Assembly (NCBI GenBank): GCA_013177825.1
Contig: JABLXX010000001.1
Location: 208,936-272,935 of the forward strand
Source of the DNA: Syntrophaceae bacterium
Lineage (GTDB): Bacteria; Desulfobacterota; Syntrophia; Syntrophales; PHBD01
DNA: 64,000 nt
Direction: 5' to 3'
Shown: in pieces, positions 37,753 through 46,604 of the stretch
Layout: each line of letters opens with the position of its first letter
Numbering within the stretch: position 1 is the stretch's first letter
Notes under the pieces: model-generated
Database searches by the model: none
The model's input: the letters and a program-made list of their open reading frames with translations, nothing else
What the model was told of the DNA's origin: nothing
Position numbers and translations under genes: made by a program

Positions 37753-38927
37753 GGCAGGTCGTTGAATTTGCCTGGCGCAGTTTGAACAAGGCCGGGGAAG
37801 AACTCTGCGGCGATTCGGTCATCATCCGGACCCGCCCCGATTCGTTCGTCGCCGTCCTGTCGGACGGCCTGGGCAGCGGCGTCAAGGCGAGCATCCTTTC
37901 CACCTTGACGGCAGAGATCGCCGCCCGCCTCTTCGAATCGGGGATCTCCGTGGAAGAGGTCATGCAGACACTCGTGGAGACCCTTCCGGAATGCAATGTG
38001 AGAAAACTGGCCTATGCCACGTTCTCCGTACTCACCGTGATCGAGGGCCGTCGCGCCCATCTCGTGGAATTCGATTCTCCGCCCCTGATCATGATCCGGG
38101 ACAATGCCCTCTTCGACATCCAGACGGAAAAACGGGAGGTAAGCGGCCGGTTGATCCGGGAAGCCCGTTTCGATGTCCGGGAAAACGATTACCTGGTCCT
38201 GATCAGCGACGGCTATGAGCACGCGGGCCTCGGAGGCATTTACCGCATGGGGTGGAGATGGCCGAACATCGCCTTGGCCGTGCAGCGCTTCGTCCAGACG
38301 GGCGTGGACACGCACAGGCTCATGCTCGCCCTTTCGCGGACCTGCATGAAGCTTTACGACGACAAGCCCGGTGACGATTCGACGGTCATCGCCATGAAAA
38401 TCCGGCCGGCCGTGTCCATCGCCATTCTCACGGGGCCCCCCGCCGACAGGGATCTGGACGCTCATGCCGTTTCCAGGCTGATGGACGCCGAAGGCTGCAA
38501 GATCATCTGCGGAGGGAGCACCGCCCAGATGGCCGCCCGTGTTCTGGACAGGAAACTGGAGGTGGAGTGGGTTCCGCCCTGGAAACGGACGGAGGAAAAG
38601 CCCGCCCGGAAAAAAGGCTCCCCTCCCACGGCCCTCCTGCAGGGGGTCGATCTCGTCACCGAAGGGATCCTGACGCTGGGCCAGGCCGTCGAACTCATGC
38701 GCAACGCCGGAACAAGCGACGATCTTCCCCGCGACGACGACGCCGCCACCCGCCTTGCCCGCCATCTTCTGGGGGCCGACGACATCCATCTGATCGTCGG
38801 CACGGCCATCAACCCCAACCAGGTTGCCGACCTGATCCGCGGCGAGCCCATGCGCATGGTTTACATTCGTGAACTCGTTCAGGATCTTACACAGCGAAAC
38901 AAGCAGGTCCGGGTCGAGCGGATATGA
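37749..38927 (+). CDS. SpoIIE/PP2C-family serine phosphatase with an uncharacterised C-terminal domain of about 160 aa
   Basis: LCGDSVII...VAVLSDGLGSGVKASILS...DYLVLISDGYEHAG...GDDSTVIAMKI are SpoIIE-type metal-binding Asp blocks. 4-nt overlap with hydS. Confidence 0.8.
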   Translation: MRQVVEFAWRSLNKAGEELCGDSVIIRTRPDSFVAVLSDGLGSGVKASILSTLTAEIAARLFESGISVEEVMQTLVETLPECNVRKLAYATFSVLTVIEGRRAHLVEFDSPPLIMIRDNALFDIQTEKREVSGRLIREARFDVRENDYLVLISDGYEHAGLGGIYRMGWRWPNIALAVQRFVQTGVDTHRLMLALSRTCMKLYDDKPGDDSTVIAMKIRPAVSIAILTGPPADRDLDAHAVSRLMDAEGCKIICGGSTAQMAARVLDRKLEVEWVPPWKRTEEKPARKKGSPPTALLQGVDLVTEGILTLGQAVELMRNAGTSDDLPRDDDAATRLARHLLGADDIHLIVGTAINPNQVADLIRGEPMRMVYIRELVQDLTQRNKQVRVERI

Positions 38928-38938
38928 CCTGCACCGAA

Positions 38939-39664
38939 TCAGTCATGATCCAGAATGATCGAACGTTGCGAGGACGGGGGCTGGATCAACCGTCTGGGGA
39001 GTGCAATTCTCACCGTTGTACCCGTCGGGCCACGTTCCGGATCGGCATTCGATTCAATTCTCATTTCGCCTCGATGCGCTTTGACCGTACTGTACGCCGA
39101 CGGCAGGCCGAGGCCCGTTCCCTCACCGACCGGTTTGGTCGAGAAAAAGGGCGTGAGCAGTTCGTCCAGGTGCTCCTGCGGGATTCCCGTTCCCGTGTCG
39201 CGGATCGTAATCATGATCCTTTCACCGTCGGCGCTCTCCTCCCCGAATACCGTGAGTATGCCCCCCTGGGGCATGGCCTCGATGGCGTTCCGTTCGAGAT
39301 CGATCAACGCTTTCACGATGCGCTCATGATCCAGCCAGACGTCTTTGTCCTTGATTTCCGACCGGAGGGCTACATGAACGGATTCCGGTACGGAGAGGGA
39401 CCGGAGGCTGTCATCCAGGATAAGGACAATGTCCGTTTTTCTAAATTTTAGTCCCTGCAAGGCCTGAAGTATCCCCCTTTGGTCATGTCTTTCATTCTGC
39501 CGCTCTCCTCCGGTATATTCCACTTTGATTGCAGAAGGAAGGCAGCTTCCGGAGGCATCCGGATTCCTGAAACCGTCCCCTGCCTTCGTACTTTTCCTGC
39601 GGGTGAAGACTATACACGAGATCGGGGTGTCCCAGCAAAACGTTTGCAATGGGAAAAGGATCAT
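38939..39664 (-). CDS. Sensor-less histidine-kinase core (HATPase_c with a weak DHp region)
   Basis: N box [13 protein letters not shown]1 RDTGTGI, F box FFSTK, G2 GTGLGL. Candidate H-box [15 protein letters not shown] at 39664 preceded by GAGGAG 8 nt upstream. Confidence 0.7.
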   Translation of the reverse strand: MILFPLQTFCWDTPISCIVFTRRKSTKAGDGFRNPDASGSCLPSAIKVEYTGGERQNERHDQRGILQALQGLKFRKTDIVLILDDSLRSLSVPESVHVALRSEIKDKDVWLDHERIVKALIDLERNAIEAMPQGGILTVFGEESADGERIMITIRDTGTGIPQEHLDELLTPFFSTKPVGEGTGLGLPSAYSTVKAHRGEMRIESNADPERGPTGTTVRIALPRRLIQPPSSQRSIILDHD

Positions 39665-39727
39665 GATAGCGTCTCCTCTCGTTTTTGGGTGTATTCAATT
39701 CCCTTGTCCCTTCATGCGATTAACGGT

Positions 39728-40729
39728 TTGAAGCCTAGATCCGACTCCACATCCGAGGAAAGAATCGTTTTCCCGGACAACAACACTCTTCGGACGCTGC
39801 TGGGTGAACATGACCGGCACGTCAAACTTCTCGAAAAACTCCGGGCGGTCAGGGTGGGGGTTCGCGGTAATGTCCTGTCCATCTCAGGAGAAGCGGAGGC
39901 GGTGGAACTGGTCAGGAATCTTCTAACCCAGTTGTATTCCCTGACGGAAAAGGGATATCCGCTCTATTCCTCCGACATCGATTACGCACACCGGATTTTA
40001 TCGGAAGATTCGCAGACGAACCTGGAGAAGATCTTCCTCGATACGGTCTTCATCCCCTCGAAAAAGCGTCCCATCTCCCCCAAGAGCATTGCCCAGAAGG
40101 GGTACATCGATGCCATCCGCAAACATGACATGGTCTTCGGAATCGGGCCGGCCGGAACAGGCAAGACGTATCTCGCCATGGCCATGGCGGTATCCTGTCT
40201 CATGGAAAAGAAAGTCCACCGGATCGTTCTGGCGCGACCGGCCGTCGAGGCGGGTGAAAAACTCGGGTTCCTTCCCGGAGACCTTTCCGAGAAGGTCAAT
40301 CCGTATCTGCGCCCCCTGTATGACGCCCTGCACGACATGATGGATTTCGACCGGGCCTCGGCCATGATCTCCAAGGGCATCATCGAGGTGGCGCCTCTCG
40401 CTTTCATGCGCGGCCGCACTCTGAACGACTCCTTCGTGATTCTGGATGAAGCCCAGAACACAACGTCGGAACAGATGAAAATGTTCCTGACCCGTCTTGG
40501 CTTCGGATCGAAGGCGGTCATCACGGGCGACATCACCCAGATCGACCTGCCGGAGGAAAAAGTATCCGGTCTCGTGGAGGCCGAGCGGATCCTCGGGCAG
40601 ATTTCCGGGATTCGATTCGTTTATTTCAGCGAACTGGATGTGGTCCGCCATCCTCTTGTTCAGGACGTGATCCGCGCATACAACCATCTGGGACGCAGCC
40701 GCAGGCGGGCAGACGAAAACGGAAAATGA
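39728..40729 (+). CDS. phoH: PhoH-like ATPase (YbeZ)
   Basis: Walker [14 protein letters not shown], Walker [21 protein letters not shown]. There is no in-frame ATG near the conserved N-terminus. The TTG at 39728 is the best candidate, so the start is uncertain. Confidence 0.8.
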   Translation: MKPRSDSTSEERIVFPDNNTLRTLLGEHDRHVKLLEKLRAVRVGVRGNVLSISGEAEAVELVRNLLTQLYSLTEKGYPLYSSDIDYAHRILSEDSQTNLEKIFLDTVFIPSKKRPISPKSIAQKGYIDAIRKHDMVFGIGPAGTGKTYLAMAMAVSCLMEKKVHRIVLARPAVEAGEKLGFLPGDLSEKVNPYLRPLYDALHDMMDFDRASAMISKGIIEVAPLAFMRGRTLNDSFVILDEAQNTTSEQMKMFLTRLGFGSKAVITGDITQIDLPEEKVSGLVEAERILGQISGIRFVYFSELDVVRHPLVQDVIRAYNHLGRSRRRADENGK

Positions 40730-43140
40730 ACCCCATTGACCGCACCGTCGAGAGCATATCCTCCTGGCTTCGACAGGCCATCCGTCAGGTGGATTTCCTG
40801 CCGCCTTTCGCGCGGAACAGGCAGTTCCAGATGTGGAGCACCGCCATTTTCCTGTCGATCGTTGTGGCCTATCTGCTGACTCCCAGCGTTCATATCATCC
40901 CGCCCAATTACAAGCTTGGCTCCATTGCTACCCGCGACATCCGTGCGGACCGCGATTTCTTCGTTGAAGACAAGGCGGCCACTGAACTGAAACGCATGGA
41001 AGCCACCAACACCGTTCCTTCGATATACGACTGGGATGTGGAAGTGTCCGATCGGCAGCGGCTGCAGATCACCCGCGCCTTCTCCGCCATGGAGGGTGTC
41101 ATTCGAGGAATCGACCGAACCGCATTGTCGGTGGGCGTCCTCACGGTCAGGGACCTGGCGGATATCGGGCGGGGCCGCAAGGAGTTTGAGCAGATCCTCG
41201 GCGTTACCATTCCCGAGCAGGACTTCCAGGTGTTGTTGAAACACCGTTTCTCGGCGGAAACAGCGGCAAAGGTAATCAAGCTGATCAACGCCGTTTACCG
41301 TACGGAATGGATCACAAATGTCAGTTTTCTCACCCGGGATACCAGGAACGGCATCATTGTCCGTGATCTCAAGACACAGCAGCAGGAACGGCTGACGGAC
41401 CTGTCTCCCATCTGGCATGTGCAGGATGCGGCGAACCTGGCGCGCAGAAAAGCCGCACTGGCCCTGAAGGAAGAACGGGAAGACATCCGCAGGGCCGCCA
41501 TCACCCTGACGGAAAGGCTCATTCAACCGAATCTGACCCTGAACCAGCCGGCCACGGAAAAGGAGCGCCAACACGCCCTCGACAGCGTCAAGCCCGTTCT
41601 CTACCAGGTCCAGAAGGGTGAGGTGATTACCCGGGAAGGGCAAAAGATCACACCGACCGACCTGGAAAAAATCGCAGCCCTTTACAAACTCGATGGCGAA
41701 AACGTCCACGACAAAATCGCCATGCTCACCGGCATGTTTCTCCTGGTGATGTTTTTTGCATTGACGATATATACCGTCGCCCGCCGGTGGCTTCGCAAAC
41801 CGTATCGGGAAAATGCAGACCGCATCTTCCTTTCCCTGACGATCCTGCTTCAGTTTCTGTTGATCAAGGCGGGCATTTTCGTCGCCGGAGCCGTCAACCG
41901 CGCCTTCCCCTTCATCCCGACGGAAGCGGTCTATTACGCCATCCCATTTGCGTTCGGCCCTATGCTGGTCGCCTTCCTCATCATGAGGAAGCTGTCACTC
42001 CTGTTCGCCGTGTTTACGTCGGTCCTGGCCTCATTTCTCTTCGACAGCCTGATCTCCATGACACTGTTTGCCCTGCTGGGCAGCATCGTGGGTGCCTACT
42101 ATATCGCTCATTGCCGCCAGCGGTCCTCCTTTCTGCGAGCCGGAGTCCTGCTCGGAATCGTCAACGTGGGAGTTATTCTCTGCCTGGGACTCCTGGAAGG
42201 ATCCCTGTCGGATCTGTCCATTCTGGCGAAACTGTCCATGGGCTTCATCGGAGGCCTCGTGTCCGGCATTTTCGTGGCCGGCATCAGTCCCCTGTTTGAA
42301 AGCGTGTTCCCCTATACGACCGATATCAAGCTCCTCGAACTGGCGAACCTCAACCAGCCAATTTTTCAGCGCATGATCCTCGAGGCGCCCGGAACCTATC
42401 ATCACAGCGTCGTCCTCGGCTCCATGGTCGAGGCGGCAGCGGAGAGCATCGGTGCCAATTCCCTGCTTGCGAAAGTGGGTGCTTACTACCATGACATCGG
42501 CAAGCTGACGAAACCCCTCTATTTCATCGAAAACCAGCGAAACGGGGAAAACCGGCACGAAAAACTCTCTCCCCGCATGAGCGCACGCGTCATAACCGCC
42601 CACATCAAGGACGGATGCGATCTGGCCATTCAGGCTGGACTGAGCCGCGACGTCCTCAACATCATCCGGGAACACCACGGGACGAGCCTGGTCACGTACT
42701 TCTACGAAAAGGCGCGCAAGGATAAGGATCCTTCCATTCGGGCCCTCCCGGAAAGCGATTTTCGTTACCCGGGTCCGAAGCCTCAGAGCCGGGAGTCGGG
42801 TCTCGTTCTCCTGGGGGATGTCATGGAGGCATCGTCCAGAACGCTGACGAATCCGACTCCCGCACGAATCCGGCATTTCGTTCAGGAGCGGATCGAGCGC
42901 GTGGTCGCAGACGGGCAGCTTGACTCCTGCGCCCTGACGCTGATGGACCTTAAACTGATCGCCGAGAGTTTTACCCGCATCCTGACCGGGATGTTCCACC
43001 ATCGCATCGACTATCCCGCTCCGCCCGCCCGGGAGACAAACGGCCGGAAGGAACTGCCCGCAACCAATGGACATCTGGATCGAAAACCGGCAGAAAAAGG
43101 AAAAGATCGACCGGCGTCGAGTGCGGAGCGTGCTGCGTAA
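40726..43140 (+). CDS. pgpH: 7TM-receptor HD/HDIG phosphohydrolase (PgpH-type, candidate cyclic-di-AMP phosphodiesterase)
   Basis: Extracytoplasmic N-terminal domain, seven TM helices, then the HD domain [14 protein letters not shown]...GAYYHDIGK...EHHGTS. ATGA overlap with phoH. Confidence 0.85.
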   Translation: MNPIDRTVESISSWLRQAIRQVDFLPPFARNRQFQMWSTAIFLSIVVAYLLTPSVHIIPPNYKLGSIATRDIRADRDFFVEDKAATELKRMEATNTVPSIYDWDVEVSDRQRLQITRAFSAMEGVIRGIDRTALSVGVLTVRDLADIGRGRKEFEQILGVTIPEQDFQVLLKHRFSAETAAKVIKLINAVYRTEWITNVSFLTRDTRNGIIVRDLKTQQQERLTDLSPIWHVQDAANLARRKAALALKEEREDIRRAAITLTERLIQPNLTLNQPATEKERQHALDSVKPVLYQVQKGEVITREGQKITPTDLEKIAALYKLDGENVHDKIAMLTGMFLLVMFFALTIYTVARRWLRKPYRENADRIFLSLTILLQFLLIKAGIFVAGAVNRAFPFIPTEAVYYAIPFAFGPMLVAFLIMRKLSLLFAVFTSVLASFLFDSLISMTLFALLGSIVGAYYIAHCRQRSSFLRAGVLLGIVNVGVILCLGLLEGSLSDLSILAKLSMGFIGGLVSGIFVAGISPLFESVFPYTTDIKLLELANLNQPIFQRMILEAPGTYHHSVVLGSMVEAAAESIGANSLLAKVGAYYHDIGKLTKPLYFIENQRNGENRHEKLSPRMSARVITAHIKDGCDLAIQAGLSRDVLNIIREHHGTSLVTYFYEKARKDKDPSIRALPESDFRYPGPKPQSRESGLVLLGDVMEASSRTLTNPTPARIRHFVQERIERVVADGQLDSCALTLMDLKLIAESFTRILTGMFHHRIDYPAPPARETNGRKELPATNGHLDRKPAEKGKDRPASSAERAA

Positions 43141-43528
43141 AGCGCTTCGCCGACTTGGCCGGGAAGATTCCGAAATCAGTCTGCTTTTCCTGGACGACGA
43201 AGGGATTCGGGAAATCAACCGGACCTACCTGAATCGCGACTATCCCACCAACGTCATTTCCTTCTCCATGACCGAAGGCCCCTTCGGAGACCTGAATCCC
43301 CGCGTTCTTGGCGACATTGTGATTTCCGTGGAGCGGTCCCGCCGGGAGGCCCTTGAATCAGGTCTGCCTCCGGAAGATTACCAGGACTATTTGTTGATTC
43401 ACGGGCTTCTGCACCTGCTGGGATACGATCACGAAACTCCCCGGGAACAGGATGGGGAGTGTATGCGGGAGATGGAGAGGGAACTGTTTTATCGAGTTAA
43501 AGGGTATCGGATGGAGGGAGAGGATTGA
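43067..43528 (+). CDS. ybeY: Endoribonuclease YbeY (16S rRNA maturation)
   Basis: MDIWIENRQ...TNVISFSM...HGLLHLLGYDHE (zinc-binding H3 motif). Confidence 0.92.
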   Translation: MDIWIENRQKKEKIDRRRVRSVLRKALRRLGREDSEISLLFLDDEGIREINRTYLNRDYPTNVISFSMTEGPFGDLNPRVLGDIVISVERSRREALESGLPPEDYQDYLLIHGLLHLLGYDHETPREQDGECMREMERELFYRVKGYRMEGED

Positions 43529-43595
43529 CCGGATCGCCGGCAGTGCCGTCCCGGTCTGGAAACGGCCATGCGGGCGCCCTGTCTGTTCCCTGATC

Positions 43596-45485
43596 TCACC
43601 GGATCTGAATGATCTGCCCGGGATGGATGGAATCACCATTTCCCAGGTTGTTGGCCTTCCGTAAAATTTCAACGCTTGTTCCGTTGCGGACGGCGATTCG
43701 AAACAGGTTGTCGCCTTTCCGAACCTTGTATGTCTTCCCTTCTTCTCCGGCCGATGTTCCGGCCGCCTTCCCTTTTTTCCGGTTCTTCTGAGCCTTCTGG
43801 TCCGCCGTATCTTCGGAAGTTTCCTCATTCCGCTGGGAAGGGATCTTCAGCAGCTGTCCCGTAAAAAGCTTGTTTCCCTTGACCCTGTTGAGTCTGCTGA
43901 GCTGCGCAGGAGTCGTGTTGAACCGTTCCGCCAGTTCCGAAAGGGTGTCCCCCTTTTTCACCCGGTATGATCCACTGGATCCGGCCGACCCTTTTTTCGT
44001 GATGCGGACCGGTGAAGCAGCCGCCGATCGACGTTTCGCCGGAATGACCAGCGTCTGTCCGGATCGCAACCGCGCTTTCGCCAGCGACGGATTGCAGGAC
44101 CGGATGGCCTGGGGCGTCGTTCTGTGTTTTCGGGCGATGGAAGCGAGGGAGTCCCCCCTCCTCACCCGATAGCGGACAAACCGGTGTGATTCACGGTCCG
44201 GCGCCGGAAGCTCCCAGCGCGGAATGTCATCGATCCTGGCGAGCAGGACCTCCGCCTTCTCGATGGGCACCTTTAGGTCGTAATCCTTATCCGGCGTGAT
44301 CCCGTGCCGCAGTTCCGAGTTCAGAAAAGACATGGTTTCCTCGGAGGTCTCGATCCGGGTGGCGATGTCCGCCAGCTTCATGGATTTCTGGATTTTCACG
44401 GTCTCGAAGGGAATCTCCTTTTCCAGCGCCTCCGGCAGTTCCATGCCATATTTCTTCGGGTCCCGAATGATGTGGATCGTGGCGAGAAAGCGGGGAACAT
44501 AGCGGGCCGTTTCGTACGGCAGGAGATGGTAAAGATCCCAGAAACGGTCAAGATAGTTGAGCTTTTGCTGGGAAATGACCCGGAGCACCCTTCCCTCTCC
44601 ACAATTGTATGCAGCCAGCACCGTAAGCCAGTCGCCGAACATTTCATGAAGAGCCTTCATGTAGTCGATGGCCGCCCGGGTTGACTTTTCCAGGTCCATG
44701 CGCTCGTCGACCCAGTCCGTCCGGTTCAGGCCGTATTTATAACCCGTCGAGGGAATGAACTGCCAGAGGCCGAGGGCGCGGGCCCTGGAGAGTGCGTGAA
44801 TCTTGAAACCGCTCTCCACCAGGGGCAGCCAGGAAAGCTCTTCCGGCAGCCCCGCTTTCTTAAGCTGCCGGACCATGGCCGGCCGATAGATGCCGGAACG
44901 GCGATAGGACTCCATGAAGAAATTCCGCTCCACCGTTTGAAAGGAACGGATCTCCTTCTCCACATCGGCGTTCATCAACAGGGGGATTTCGCTGCGTTTC
45001 CCTTTGGCCACCGTTCGCATGGACGTGTAGATGGCGACGATGCGCCGGGCGACAAGGAGCCTCAGGTCGTCTTTCTGCCGGGCGACGGAAGGATCGCCAT
45101 CCGTATCCAGCACCAGGGCATAGGCCTGATCCAGGAGCTCCAGGGCTCCCTCCAGATCCCCACGCGACCAGGAGACCTGTGACTCTTCCAGGAGGGCCAG
45201 GGCTTCCTCCATCAGGTCCTGATCCTGTCCCTCTCCGTTGTTCGCCTCCTGCGGTGATGCCGTTTCCCCGATCGGTTTCTGCTCCCCGGCAGACATCGGT
45301 TTATCGGCTGTACGAGTCTTCTCCGCAGACGGATCCCTCACATCTGCCGATGCGGCAACCGCGCTCTTCGCTTTCGACTGTTCCTCCGCACCCCATGACG
45401 TTCCGAGGAAACAAAACACGATAACAATCGAGAGGATGATCCAGCTGACGGATCTTTTCTGCATGCCGCAACTCCTTCCCTTCAT
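43596..45485 (-). CDS. Membrane-bound lytic murein transglycosylase (MltD-like) with C-terminal LysM repeats
   Basis: Signal peptide. SLT domain LPLVESGFKIHALSRARALGLWQFIPSTG. Four LysM-like repeats (YRVRRGDSLASIARKH, YRVKKGDTLSELAERF, YKVRKGDNLFRIAVRN, among others). Confidence 0.85.
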   Translation of the reverse strand: MKGRSCGMQKRSVSWIILSIVIVFCFLGTSWGAEEQSKAKSAVAASADVRDPSAEKTRTADKPMSAGEQKPIGETASPQEANNGEGQDQDLMEEALALLEESQVSWSRGDLEGALELLDQAYALVLDTDGDPSVARQKDDLRLLVARRIVAIYTSMRTVAKGKRSEIPLLMNADVEKEIRSFQTVERNFFMESYRRSGIYRPAMVRQLKKAGLPEELSWLPLVESGFKIHALSRARALGLWQFIPSTGYKYGLNRTDWVDERMDLEKSTRAAIDYMKALHEMFGDWLTVLAAYNCGEGRVLRVISQQKLNYLDRFWDLYHLLPYETARYVPRFLATIHIIRDPKKYGMELPEALEKEIPFETVKIQKSMKLADIATRIETSEETMSFLNSELRHGITPDKDYDLKVPIEKAEVLLARIDDIPRWELPAPDRESHRFVRYRVRRGDSLASIARKHRTTPQAIRSCNPSLAKARLRSGQTLVIPAKRRSAAASPVRITKKGSAGSSGSYRVKKGDTLSELAERFNTTPAQLSRLNRVKGNKLFTGQLLKIPSQRNEETSEDTADQKAQKNRKKGKAAGTSAGEEGKTYKVRKGDNLFRIAVRNGTSVEILRKANNLGNGDSIHPGQIIQIR

Positions 45486-46592
45486 CGCTTGGAGGCCGCG
45501 AGGAGATAAGCCTCGATAAAATCGTCGATTTCCCCGTCGAGGACCCGGGTTACATTGCCTGTTTCAAGGTTTGTCCGGTGATCTTTGACCATCTTGTAGG
45601 GATGAAGGACATAGGACCGGATCTGGCTCCCCCAGGCGATGTCCTTCTTCGACTTCTCCATTTCATCCAGCTTGGCCCTCTGTTCCGTGAGCTTGCGCTC
45701 ATACAGGCGGGACTTGAGGTATTTCATGGCCATGGATTTGTTTTTGTGCTGGGACCGTTCATTCTGGCACTGGACGACAATGCCCGTCGGAATATGCGTG
45801 ATGCGGACGGCCGAGTCCGTTTTGTTGACGTGCTGTCCCCCGGCACCCGTGGACCGATAGGTATCGACGCGCAGGTCGCCCTCATCGATTTCAATGACGA
45901 TCTCGTCGCTCACTTCGGGAAAGACAAACACGGATGCAAAGGATGTATGGCGCCGGGCACCGGCATCGAAAGGAGATATCCGGACAAGACGATGGATGCC
46001 GATCTCCGCTTTCGCGTAGCCGTAGGCATACGGCCCCTCCAGGGTTATGGAAGCGCTCTTGATGCCCGCCTCTTCCCCGGGGAGCAGATCGATGACCTGC
46101 ATCCGGTAGCCTTTTCTCTCCGCCCATCGGCCGTACATGCGGAAGAGCATTTCCGCCCAGTCCTGGGCCTCGGTACCGCCGGCGCCTGCATTGATGTTCA
46201 TGATGGCGTTGAGGCGGTCCTCTTCCGCGCCCAGCATGAGGCGGAATTCGTCATCCCGGACATTCGTTTCGAGGTGGTCGAGATCCCGGGAAATGTCCCG
46301 GATCGTATCCTCGTCCCCTTCCTCGGACGCCAGTTCATAAAGTTGCGCCAGATCCCGGTAAACCCGATCCCGTTCTTTCCAGCCGCCGATGACCTCCTCC
46401 AAGCGGCTTTTCCTCTTCAGGATTTCCCTGGCCGTTTCCTGATCACTCCAGAAATCATCTTTCAGGACCTGGGCATCCAGGGTGCTTTTTTCAGCTTCCT
46501 TGCCGGCGACGTCAAAGACACACCCCGAGGTTTTCAATTCGTTTCTGAAGATCCTCCAATGTCTGTGCCAGTGCCTCTGACCCTTCGATCAT
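45482..46592 (-). CDS. prfB: Peptide chain release factor 2, requiring a programmed +1 frameshift
   Basis: Frame 0 (46592-46515) reads MIEGSEALAQTLEDLQKRIENLGVCL, then an in-frame TGA. The +1 frame continues DVAGKEAEK... and carries SPF and GGQ motifs (RISPFDAG; GAGGQHVNKT). Confidence 0.92.
46511..46529 (-). promoter_or_regulatory. prfB +1 frameshift cassette
   Basis: The minus strand reads CTC GGG GTG TGT CTT TGA C: an SD-like GGGGTG three nt upstream of the slippery CTT-TGA-C. Confidence 0.88.
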
Positions 46593-46604
46593 GGTTCTTT
46601 CTCC

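Noticed and set aside
35980-38789. Minus-strand ORFs (35980-37122, 37264-37716, 37743-38789) opposite hydS and the phosphatase gene
   Set aside because: Antisense shadow ORFs with no recognisable motifs. The same applies to 8085-9137, 9192-10070, 22972-24072, 26697-27833, 42031-43218, 45578-46759, 47253-48308, 48241-49173, 59181-59948 and 61154-61915.
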